Shown here: piece after piece, positions 9,133-17,333 of the stretch | Position numbering within the stretch: the first letter of the stretch is position 1 | Layout: each line of letters starts with the position of its first letter | IMG/VR virus record: IMGVR_UViG_3300027743_000036 | Coordinates: 1-50,996 of that record | Reading direction: 5' to 3' (one strand) | Source: a virus | Taxonomy: Duplodnaviria > Caudoviricetes | DNA length: 50,996 bases | The notes under the pieces: model-generated | What the model saw: the letters and a program-made list of their open reading frames with translations, nothing else | Database searches by the model: none | What the model was told of the DNA's origin: nothing | Made by a program: the position numbers and the translations under genes

Positions 9133-9287
9133 TGTCCACAATCAAAGGCGGTCAGCGACCGCCACGTAACGCCCCGTGTCCGTGCGGCTCGGGTCACAAA
9201 TTCAAAAAGTGCCACGGCAAAGCTCCCACGAAGGAGCAGAAGACGCGGCTGGCGAAACTCAAAGAACTCTTTTTAGGAGGTAAGTAA
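9132..9287 (+). CDS. Stand-alone SEC-C motif zinc-binding protein (51 aa)
   Basis: [30 protein letters not shown]...; AGGAGG RBS; not in ORF track. Confidence 0.8.
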   Translation: MSTIKGGQRPPRNAPCPCGSGHKFKKCHGKAPTKEQKTRLAKLKELFLGGK

Positions 9288-9290
9288 CCT

Positions 9291-10169
9291 ATGAGCAACA
9301 TCGGACAACCAGGAAGTTACCGCGGCCTCGTGCTTGACCGCGGCATCAGCAACTCATCGGGCGGACACCTGCAAATGTCGATCACCATGCAGGCGACCGA
9401 GAAGTATGATGAGGAGAATCAGGTATGGACACCGTTCAACTATGAGGATTCAGAAGCGCAAGCCTATCTGAACCTCATCACCAGCAAAGAGAAGGAAAAC
9501 GCGATCAACTGTCGTCAGATCATGCGGGCTTTCGGATGGGATGGCATGGCGTTTTCCGCGCTTAATGATCCCGACTCCAAGCTGGCCACGCAGATTCAGT
9601 GGCGTATGGGCACGGAGACCTATGAGGGCGTGGAGCGGGTGAAGGTGCAGGCGATTGATGCCCACGACGCCGCGCCGGGTCGGAAGGTGGAGAAACTCGA
9701 TGCTGCCGCGATGCGTGCTATGGACGCCAAGTACGCGGCGGTCTTGAAGAACCTTGGCGGAGGGCCGAAGCCCAAGAGTGCGCGGCCTGTGGCACCTGTG
9801 GCGCAGCCGGACCCCACTGCGACGGCAAGTGCACCGGTACCTGCCCCGACGACTACCCCGACATCCCCTTCTGACCCCGCCCCCAAGGCCCGGCGTGGCC
9901 GTCCCCCGGCCCCGAAATCCCCGGACCCCGTCCCTGTCCCCGTGCCTGCGGCCTCGACTGAGCCGATGGACCAGGGTGCCGCGTGGGGGACTGTCTACAG
10001 TAGGGCCCATGAAGCGGGCAAGACCGATCTTGAGATCAATACCGCCTGGTCAGGGGTCGTCAAGGAAATTGGGGTTATTAAGGAGGTAGATGGGGTGAAG
10101 ATCATCACCATAGAAGGCCCGGACTGGTCTGGCGTGGCCGCGAAGACGGCGGAGAAGCTCGGGGTGTAA
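9291..10169 (+). CDS. Probable ssDNA-binding protein with Pro/Ala-rich linker
   Basis: OB-fold-like N-terminus; follows Sak4-like ATPase. Confidence 0.6.
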   Translation: MSNIGQPGSYRGLVLDRGISNSSGGHLQMSITMQATEKYDEENQVWTPFNYEDSEAQAYLNLITSKEKENAINCRQIMRAFGWDGMAFSALNDPDSKLATQIQWRMGTETYEGVERVKVQAIDAHDAAPGRKVEKLDAAAMRAMDAKYAAVLKNLGGGPKPKSARPVAPVAQPDPTATASAPVPAPTTTPTSPSDPAPKARRGRPPAPKSPDPVPVPVPAASTEPMDQGAAWGTVYSRAHEAGKTDLEINTAWSGVVKEIGVIKEVDGVKIITIEGPDWSGVAAKTAEKLGV

Positions 10170-10221
10170 TTCGGGGCTACGCCCCGGAGTATCGTGGGGG
10201 CACGGAGGCCCCGAGGGATGG

Positions 10222-10785
10222 GTGATGATACCACCAGTGCCTATAGTAATCCCGAGTGCCCGCAGATATGCAGTGGTTTACGCCGATCCGCCGTGGGAGG
10301 TTAAAAAAATAGTACGGGCGGTGCGCCCCAACCAGCACTTGCAACTCGATTATCCAACGATGTCGTTGGATGATATAAAGGCCCTACCTGTTGCTATGAT
10401 TTCAGCCCCGGCGTGTTGCCTGTTTCTTTGGACCACCCACGCCTACTTGCCAAGGGCTTTTGGAGTGATGGAAGCATGGGGTTTTCGGTACCAACGGGTG
10501 ATTACATGGGATAAGCAGAACGGCATGTGCCTTTTTGGTTTCCATCACAGAACGGAGTTTCTCCTATTCGGCTATCGGGGAAAACTTGAGATGTATCCGA
10601 AACGAAAAGCGTTTCCCACAATAGTGTGCGCAAAGTCGGCTCGACACTCAGAAAAACCCCAAGTATTTAGAGATTTAATCACCCCCTTTGGCGAGCCTCG
10701 GATCGAACTGTTTGCCCGCCAAAAAACCTCCGGCTGGGATACATGGGGTAATGAAGTACCTAATGACGTGGTGCTCTCAGCATGA
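10222..10785 (+). CDS. MT-A70 family adenine methyltransferase
   Basis: YADPPW, YPTM, LFLW, WGF, TE.LL.G, HSEKP, IELFAR, GW..WGNE. Confidence 0.92.
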   Translation: MMIPPVPIVIPSARRYAVVYADPPWEVKKIVRAVRPNQHLQLDYPTMSLDDIKALPVAMISAPACCLFLWTTHAYLPRAFGVMEAWGFRYQRVITWDKQNGMCLFGFHHRTEFLLFGYRGKLEMYPKRKAFPTIVCAKSARHSEKPQVFRDLITPFGEPRIELFARQKTSGWDTWGNEVPNDVVLSA

Positions 10786-13064
10786 CTAAGCCAGACTTCA
10801 ACGACCTCCTGACGGTATTCCAGTCCAACATGGTCCCAGCCATGCGACAAGACCTCGCCGACAGTCTCGGCGTCGCGGCAGATGCCGTGCGTCGGCTCGG
10901 GGTCGGCTATTATCCCGCGGAGCAGGCGTGGATTTTCCCCGAGCGTGACGGCGACGGCAACGTGATCGGCCTGCTCCGCCGATATGCAAACGGCAAGAAA
11001 TTTATCATGGAGGGCCATAAACGAGGACTCAGCTATGAAGGCGTATCAGTACGACAAAAAGACCAGACAATTCAAGCGCGTCCCCACTTCATTCGAGTCG
11101 GAGACGCAGGCGTGCAGTGCCCTATTTGCAAACGGGAAAAAGATGGGTGTCTCGTATCTGACGAGGACGTGGATGACCCCTCCGCCGTCATATGCGTACG
11201 ATCCCCTGACGGCGCAGAGCGTCTCATTGAAGGTGCTGGCTACCTCCATCGTCGTCACCCCGTTTTTGGTGCTGGACGATGTCCCGTATCGGTACTGCCT
11301 CTATCGGATCAGCCGGTGGTTGTTACTGAGGGCGCGAGTGACTGTCTGGCTGCGATGTCGTTGGGCTACGTGGCGGTCGGCAGGCCGAGCGCGGAGGCGA
11401 CGACAAAAGGACTGGTGGGCTTGGTACAAGGCCGAAGTGTTGTCCTCGTCGGGGACCGCGATCCACACGGAGTCGGGCAACGTGGACTGGAAAGTGCTTT
11501 CCAAACCCTCAAGCCCGCCGTCGCCTCGATAGTCAAGGTCCTCCCCCCCGAAGGATTCAAAGACCTCCGGCAATGGTATCAATCCGGCTTGACCCGCGAA
11601 CAGTTCGAGGCTCACGTAGCGGCAACCGGGAACACATCCGATGACGGCTCGGTATTGCCGAACACGTCTCCGCTCACACTGGTCAAATCCTGGATTCAGC
11701 AGACTCAGATGCGCAACGGCACGCAACTACTCCAGTTTGTGCAGGGCGACTACTATCACTGGGAACCCCCGGTCTACCGCAGGGTAGAGCAAACAGAGAT
11801 ACGCGGAGACTGGTATGCGTTCTTCACCGACAAGCCCGTTCGGGTCAAGGATCGGGAAGGCGGGGTCAAGATCGTCACGCTCAACCCTGACCGCAAGTTT
11901 ATGGCCGATCTGCATGACGCCGCCTCCGCCTCCTGCAATGTCCGAGTAGAGGATGGCGTTCACGAGCCGTTCCTGATTAAGGCCCGCGCCCCTATGGATC
12001 TGGCCCGCGCGGTCGTGTTCCAGAACGGGATTCTCTACATCGCCGACGACCGGCTCGCACCGCTGACCCCGGATGTATTTCTGACGAGCACGTTGCCCTA
12101 TGACTACCACCCCGGCTATCAATGTCCGAAGTGGCTGTGGTTTGTAGCGGATATTTTCAATGGAGATCAAGAATGCGTTGCGCTTTTACAGGAATGGTTC
12201 GGGTACAATCTCATAGCATCGAACCATATGCAGTCGATGATGTTCTTTTTCGGGGTTCCAGGCTCCGGCAAGTCTACCACTGCCGCAATCCTACGTGCTC
12301 TCTTAGGCGATGCGAGATGCTGCGGGGCGACGACGGACAATTTCAAAGGCTTGTTTGGCAAAGAGGCCCTACTAAATAAGTACGCCGCGATCATGTCCGA
12401 AAGCCGCGACACCAATCGCTCGGACATCGACAAGCTCCTGCAAACATGGAAGGCGATCACCGGCGGCGATGTGGTTAGCGTGGCCCGTAAGTACCGCCAG
12501 GCCGTAGACGCCCGGTTGTTCTGCCGGATGACCTACGTGGCGAACGAGGCGATCCCCTTTGACGACGCAGCGCAGGCGATGGCCCCCCGTATGAGCCTGT
12601 TGTATTTCCCCAACGACTATCGCCGCAGGAGTCCCGACCGGATGCTGGAACACAAGCTCAAGGCCGAGATCCCCGGCATTGCTTTGTGGGCTATTGAGGG
12701 CCTCAAACGCCTGCTGGCAAACGACAAGTTCACGCTGCCGCTGGACTCACAGGTCCATCTCGCGCAGATGGCGGAGTTGACCAACCCTATCGGGGTCATG
12801 CTCGCTGAGTGTACGGACATGCACGTCGGGTCGGAGTTTATGCAGTACCGGGTTGAGTGTAACGTGCTCTACGATCTGTGGAAGGCGTGGTGCGACGAGA
12901 CCCGGACTAAGACGAGCCTGTCGGCGATTGGGTTCGGGATGAAGCTCGCCCACTTGGAGAGCCCTATCACGCGGCGTCGGGTGGGAGAGGGCGGCAAACG
13001 GTTGTATATCTACCAGGGCCTTGAGATCAGGCCCGAAGCTTACGAACGTTATCTCAAGAGGTAA
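10782..13064 (+). CDS. Primase-helicase (DnaG-type TOPRIM plus D5/P4-type SF3 helicase)
   Basis: TEGASD, GDRD..G, KDLRQW; LQEWFGY, GVPGSGKST, KAITGGD. Confidence 0.9.
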   Translation: MTKPDFNDLLTVFQSNMVPAMRQDLADSLGVAADAVRRLGVGYYPAEQAWIFPERDGDGNVIGLLRRYANGKKFIMEGHKRGLSYEGVSVRQKDQTIQARPHFIRVGDAGVQCPICKREKDGCLVSDEDVDDPSAVICVRSPDGAERLIEGAGYLHRRHPVFGAGRCPVSVLPLSDQPVVVTEGASDCLAAMSLGYVAVGRPSAEATTKGLVGLVQGRSVVLVGDRDPHGVGQRGLESAFQTLKPAVASIVKVLPPEGFKDLRQWYQSGLTREQFEAHVAATGNTSDDGSVLPNTSPLTLVKSWIQQTQMRNGTQLLQFVQGDYYHWEPPVYRRVEQTEIRGDWYAFFTDKPVRVKDREGGVKIVTLNPDRKFMADLHDAASASCNVRVEDGVHEPFLIKARAPMDLARAVVFQNGILYIADDRLAPLTPDVFLTSTLPYDYHPGYQCPKWLWFVADIFNGDQECVALLQEWFGYNLIASNHMQSMMFFFGVPGSGKSTTAAILRALLGDARCCGATTDNFKGLFGKEALLNKYAAIMSESRDTNRSDIDKLLQTWKAITGGDVVSVARKYRQAVDARLFCRMTYVANEAIPFDDAAQAMAPRMSLLYFPNDYRRRSPDRMLEHKLKAEIPGIALWAIEGLKRLLANDKFTLPLDSQVHLAQMAELTNPIGVMLAECTDMHVGSEFMQYRVECNVLYDLWKAWCDETRTKTSLSAIGFGMKLAHLESPITRRRVGEGGKRLYIYQGLEIRPEAYERYLKR

Positions 13065-13204
13065 TGACTATGTACGAGTGCTATGATTGTGGCGAGAGAT
13101 TTGAAAGATGTCCAAGGAAGTGCCCGGTGTGCGGTAGTGAGGACATTGAATTGATGGAAGAGGAAGAGGAAGAGTTGAATAGTTGGGGCGACGACGACCC
13201 ATGA
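13064..13204 (+). CDS. Small Zn-ribbon protein with acidic tail (46 aa)
   Basis: YECYDCG...CPVCGS; coupled at both ends; not in ORF track. Confidence 0.7.
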   Translation: MTMYECYDCGERFERCPRKCPVCGSEDIELMEEEEEELNSWGDDDP

Positions 13205-13335
13205 GACGCTACCTCGTCATCCTCTGCATCGCCGCCTATGCTGTGCTTGGCATCTATGACCTGTGTACAGGTCGATTGCGTGTGGGCGTGGCGGAGCTTC
13301 TGCTGTCACTTGTAAATGCTGTATTGTTTTTGTGA
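13201..13335 (+). CDS. Small two-helix membrane protein (44 aa)
   Basis: ATGA overlap; hydrophobic. Confidence 0.5.
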   Translation: MRRYLVILCIAAYAVLGIYDLCTGRLRVGVAELLLSLVNAVLFL

Positions 13336-13345
13336 GGAGCTTTTG

Positions 13346-13987
13346 ATGAAACGAATAGTGCTGGTATTTATCGCCCTGGCTCTCCTTGTGGCGGGGATCG
13401 GTTGCGCCGCGCTGTCAACGTTAGTCACCCCGGCCAATGTCGATAAAAATGCTGTTGCGTATGCAGCCAGTGCCGGTGTCATCGATCCGAACGACTTCAG
13501 AGGCTATGGTAACTTGGACAAGGCGATCCGCCTCAAGGCCGCAGTTGATGCTGCCTTCCAAGTCAAAGAGTTGTCCTTGAATCAGATGATGGAGAAAAAC
13601 CGCTTGGACTACTCGCAGCTCTCACAAGTCGCTGATTCGAATATGAAAGCATCACGAGCACAAGAAGAACTTTTATTTGGTGAAACGGGTCTACTGTCGA
13701 TGGGCTTGAGTTTACTGGGCGTCGGCGGGCTGGGCACCGTGATCGGCCTGATGCGTAAGAGGCCCGGCGACATCACGCCGCAGGAGATGGAAACCGCGCT
13801 CACCGAGATCAAGGGGGAGGTTACGGATAAGGACCGGCAGATTATCGAGATCGTCAGGGGAGTGCAGAAGTTGTTCGAGGCGTACCCGAAGAATACGGCG
13901 TTCGGAGCGGAGTTGCGAACAGCCCTGGCGAATCAGTCCACCGACACCCGGCAGGCCGTGGCTGCTGTAAAGGCGACATTGGTATGA
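13346..13987 (+). CDS. Putative lipoprotein with internal TM segment
   Basis: GAGGAG RBS; MKR + hydrophobic + GIG|C lipobox-like signal. Confidence 0.65.
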   Translation: MKRIVLVFIALALLVAGIGCAALSTLVTPANVDKNAVAYAASAGVIDPNDFRGYGNLDKAIRLKAAVDAAFQVKELSLNQMMEKNRLDYSQLSQVADSNMKASRAQEELLFGETGLLSMGLSLLGVGGLGTVIGLMRKRPGDITPQEMETALTEIKGEVTDKDRQIIEIVRGVQKLFEAYPKNTAFGAELRTALANQSTDTRQAVAAVKATLV

Positions 13988-15939
13988 CTATAACCCTCAA
14001 CACACCCGTCACTCAGCTTAAGGGCGTAGGGCCGAGCCGAGCCTCGGCCCTCGCCCGGCTCGGGATCAAGGCCGTCGAGGATCTGCTGGCGCATTATCCG
14101 GCGTCGTATTATTTCGCGCCGCCGCTGGCGGACGGCCCGCTGGTCGATGGACAGCCCGCCACGGTCGTAGGAACCGTGCTCACGATCTCAGTGTTCAACC
14201 GCAACTTTGAGGTTATCCTTGACAGCGGTATTCGTATCATGTGGTTTGGGGGCCAATACTTGCGGCAGAGTATTTTCAAGGGCTCGCGTCTCCTGGTGTC
14301 GGGCGTCGTCCAATACGGCGGCTTCACGAATCCTGAGTGGCGCGTTCTCACGCTCGGCGAAACACCAGACCCCGCCGACCTCAACACGGTCACGTACGCG
14401 GTGACGAGCGGGATCACGAGCAAGGATATAGCGCGGCTGATGAAGCAATGCCTTGATGCAGGTGTGCCCTCCAGTGGAGTCGGAGACCCGTTTCGACGGA
14501 TACATAGACCACTGAGCCAAAATGAGGCGGAGGCTGTGCGCTCAGAGTTCAAGTACGATGAGCTTTTCTACATGCAACTCGGCCTCGCTATGCGGCAAGC
14601 CAAGCGCGAGCAGGAGCCGCCGAATGTGTGGTGTGATCCCTGCGGTATGGCAATGAACACCGGACGGTATTTTCCGTTCAAGTTCACCCCGGATCAGTGG
14701 GGGGCAGTGCGTGAGATACTCGTAGACTTACAAGGTCCCCGCGCCATGAACCGCCTCCTCCAGGGCGACGTAGGCTGCGGCAAGACCGCCGTGGCCGCGT
14801 ATGCCGCCATCGTGACGGCGTTCAATGGGGCGCAGACCGCTATCCTCTGTCCCACCGAGATACTCGCCCGGCAGCACTACGAGACGATCAAGGGGTATTT
14901 CGAGAGGGCGGGAGTGACATCATGGCTCGTGTTAGGGCGCACTACTAAAGATGTTACAGGTCATTCAACCCCCGGCCATCTTCCCAACATTCTTGTTGGC
15001 ACAACTGCTCTTTTGTCGGATGTTATCAGGTTCGACAACCTCGGCCTCGTCGTCATAGACGAGCAGCACAAGTTTGGCGTGGAGCAGCGCGCCGCCCTGC
15101 GTAGGCACGGCAACCCCCATGTTCTCGTAATGACGGCTACACCGATCCCGAGGACGATGGCGATGACCGTGTTCGGGGACCTTGACATCAGCACAATCCG
15201 GTCTATGCCGCCGGGGAGGAAGCCGGTGAATACGGTCTGGTACAACAGCGCAGATATAGACCTATGGCATCCGTTCATAGAACGTGAACTCGCCGCCGGT
15301 CATCAAATCTACGTCGTCTGCCCCCGAATCGAGGCCCTCGATGACGAGATGCGGGCGGTGGAGGAAGTGGCCGAGGAATACAAACGACAATTCCCTGATG
15401 CCACGGTTCTATCACTTCATGGAAAGATGTCGCGGCTCGATAAGGAACAGGTCGCCCTCCTGTGGCGGTCTAATCTGTGGCGGGCCATCCTCGTCTCCAC
15501 CACCGTAGTAGAGGTCGGCGTGGACAACCCGAACGCGACGGTAATGGTCATCGAGGGTGCAGAACGATTCGGCCTGGCTCAACTCCATCAGCTACGCGGT
15601 CGCGTGGGTCGGGGCAGGGACCAGAGTTATTGCTTCTTACTGTCAGATAGTGACAGTCAGGAGGCACGATCACGCCTACGCATCATGGAACAGACCAATG
15701 ACGGGTTTTCTATAGCGGAGCAGGACTTGAAGAACCGCGGTCCCGGCGATCTACTCAGCACGCGGCAGCACGGACTCCCCGACCTCAAGCTGGCGGATTT
15801 GGCTGAAGACTACGACTTGCTTGTGGAGGTGCGTAAGGAGGCGCGTAAGCTCGTGGCTGAGGGCCGAGTGACGCCTGAGATGCTGGCGGAGTTGGAGAAA
15901 CGATTTGGGGGTAAGTTACTGTTGGGGGATACAGCCTAA
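13984..15939 (+). CDS. recG: ATP-dependent DNA helicase RecG
   Basis: LKGVGP, MNRLLQGDVGCGKT, PTEILARQH, IDEQHKFGV, MTATPIPRT, TTVVEVGVD, AERFGLAQLHQLRGRVGRG, DGF.IAE.DL..RGPG (TRG). Confidence 0.95.
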   Translation: MTITLNTPVTQLKGVGPSRASALARLGIKAVEDLLAHYPASYYFAPPLADGPLVDGQPATVVGTVLTISVFNRNFEVILDSGIRIMWFGGQYLRQSIFKGSRLLVSGVVQYGGFTNPEWRVLTLGETPDPADLNTVTYAVTSGITSKDIARLMKQCLDAGVPSSGVGDPFRRIHRPLSQNEAEAVRSEFKYDELFYMQLGLAMRQAKREQEPPNVWCDPCGMAMNTGRYFPFKFTPDQWGAVREILVDLQGPRAMNRLLQGDVGCGKTAVAAYAAIVTAFNGAQTAILCPTEILARQHYETIKGYFERAGVTSWLVLGRTTKDVTGHSTPGHLPNILVGTTALLSDVIRFDNLGLVVIDEQHKFGVEQRAALRRHGNPHVLVMTATPIPRTMAMTVFGDLDISTIRSMPPGRKPVNTVWYNSADIDLWHPFIERELAAGHQIYVVCPRIEALDDEMRAVEEVAEEYKRQFPDATVLSLHGKMSRLDKEQVALLWRSNLWRAILVSTTVVEVGVDNPNATVMVIEGAERFGLAQLHQLRGRVGRGRDQSYCFLLSDSDSQEARSRLRIMEQTNDGFSIAEQDLKNRGPGDLLSTRQHGLPDLKLADLAEDYDLLVEVRKEARKLVAEGRVTPEMLAELEKRFGGKLLLGDTA

Positions 15940-15947
15940 GGGGAGCT

Positions 15948-16115
15948 ATGGAAACATTGTTAGTTACGGTGATATTTATATGTTGTCTCTTGCTTCTACT
16001 GGGTATGTTCCTGTTAACGGTAGAGATTATTCCAGAACCAGTTGCGTTTTGGTCAACGATCCCGATTATGGCACTGATGGTTTTAGCACTCATCATAGGG
16101 GGATTTTCTGCGTGA
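15948..16115 (+). CDS. Small two-TM membrane protein (55 aa)
   Basis: GGGGAG RBS; METLLVTVIFICCLLLLLG...; not in ORF track. Confidence 0.55.
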   Translation: METLLVTVIFICCLLLLLGMFLLTVEIIPEPVAFWSTIPIMALMVLALIIGGFSA

Positions 16116-16138
16116 TCCACGATGAAGGAGGTCCATTG

Positions 16139-16321
16139 ATGTTGAGCCGGTACGATATTGCCCAGCATTTAGTCGCTCTTCTGTGTATTCCTATTGATGA
16201 TCCCTTTGCCCCCGCCGGAATTGAAAAAGATATTGAATTTGCGGAGCGATTTGCTCGTACTTTTGGAACCATAGAAAACATACAGGAAGTCCCTGACTTG
16301 GTGCGCGAGAGCTACGAATGA
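16139..16321 (+). CDS. Hypothetical protein
   Basis: AAGGAGG RBS. Confidence 0.6.
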   Translation: MLSRYDIAQHLVALLCIPIDDPFAPAGIEKDIEFAERFARTFGTIENIQEVPDLVRESYE

Positions 16322-16536
16322 TCCACGACCCCGGCCAACTCCTCGCCTGGCTCCGCGCCAACACCGCCCGTGACAGGGTACTCAACAACGCCTTGAACAC
16401 CGGCGAGGCCGCGGTAACACCACAAGAGGGGGGCTGGCACGTCCGGGTAACGTCTCGCCGAGGAAATATCTACGGGGTCCGTGTCGTAGCGGACCCCGTG
16501 GGGATGCCGTGTCGTTGGTATAGGAGTAATGAATGA
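16318..16536 (+). CDS. Hypothetical protein
   Basis: ATGA coupling. Confidence 0.6.
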   Translation: MIHDPGQLLAWLRANTARDRVLNNALNTGEAAVTPQEGGWHVRVTSRRGNIYGVRVVADPVGMPCRWYRSNE

Positions 16537-16844
16537 TACACTATGATTGGATTCGTCATGGGTGGTTTTACTATCGGTGGTGGGCAGTCCTACACCTGAT
16601 TCATCGAATCCGGGCCTACCCACGGTATCGCAGGCTTCGGAAGGCCGGGGCATCAGCAAGCGTTGCCTCGTGGTATTCGCTACAGGTGGTAGTGGGGCCA
16701 AGCGCCTATGATAAGAAATATGGGCGTGACCCGCAGAAGGAGTATGAAGAGATTCTCCGAGCATACTCTGATCCTGCCGACACGACTCTGCAAAAGTTCG
16801 AGCGAGCAATTAGAGACTTTCCAGTAGATGAAGCGCCGGCCTGA
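16533..16844 (+). CDS. Hypothetical protein
   Basis: AGGAG RBS, ATGA coupling. Confidence 0.55.
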   Translation: MIHYDWIRHGWFYYRWWAVLHLIHRIRAYPRYRRLRKAGASASVASWYSLQVVVGPSAYDKKYGRDPQKEYEEILRAYSDPADTTLQKFERAIRDFPVDEAPA

Positions 16845-17043
16845 CCCATACCCGGACCTGATCCCCCGCACCCAGATCCAAACCTATCTGAGAAAGCGCA
16901 CTGGGACTCTCGTTACCAAACACCGCATCACCCGCTGGATAACAACCGGGGAAATCCCGATGATCCAGCGGCCCCGATGGGCGGGCGGCGGGATGTTCAC
17001 GCGGAAGGTTTATCTTGACACGCTGATAGCCCGGCACTCATAA
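16828..17043 (+). CDS. Small winged-HTH (excisionase/MerR-like) protein
   Basis: ITRWITTGEIP...TRKVYLD pattern, basic, 71 aa. Confidence 0.55.
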   Translation: MKRRPDPYPDLIPRTQIQTYLRKRTGTLVTKHRITRWITTGEIPMIQRPRWAGGGMFTRKVYLDTLIARHS

Positions 17044-17132
17044 TGTGGGTCATGAAGACACTACTGCGTATTGGGCTGTATCTTGCATTTGGTGCTGGCT
17101 TTATTGTAGTGCTGGATCTGGTAGTCCGGCTG

Positions 17133-17333
17133 TTATAGCGGCCTTTGCCGGGCGAGCATGACAACCAGGCTTATTATCGTTGTTCCCAAAGCCAGGAATG
17201 CAGACACCGCAGCTGCAATAAAGGCTATTGCCAGTCGGGTATGTAGCTCTTTGTGGGTTTTGGCCCACCCCACCAAATGCTCTACCCGCTCATCCAAGCG
17301 GATCAATAGGGCCTCTTTATCTGCGTGTGTCAT
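17133..17333 (-). CDS. Small coiled-coil + TM protein (holin/XhlA-like), last late gene
   Basis: LIRLDERV followed by a long hydrophobic helix. Confidence 0.5.
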   Translation of the reverse strand: MTHADKEALLIRLDERVEHLVGWAKTHKELHTRLAIAFIAAAVSAFLALGTTIISLVVMLARQRPL

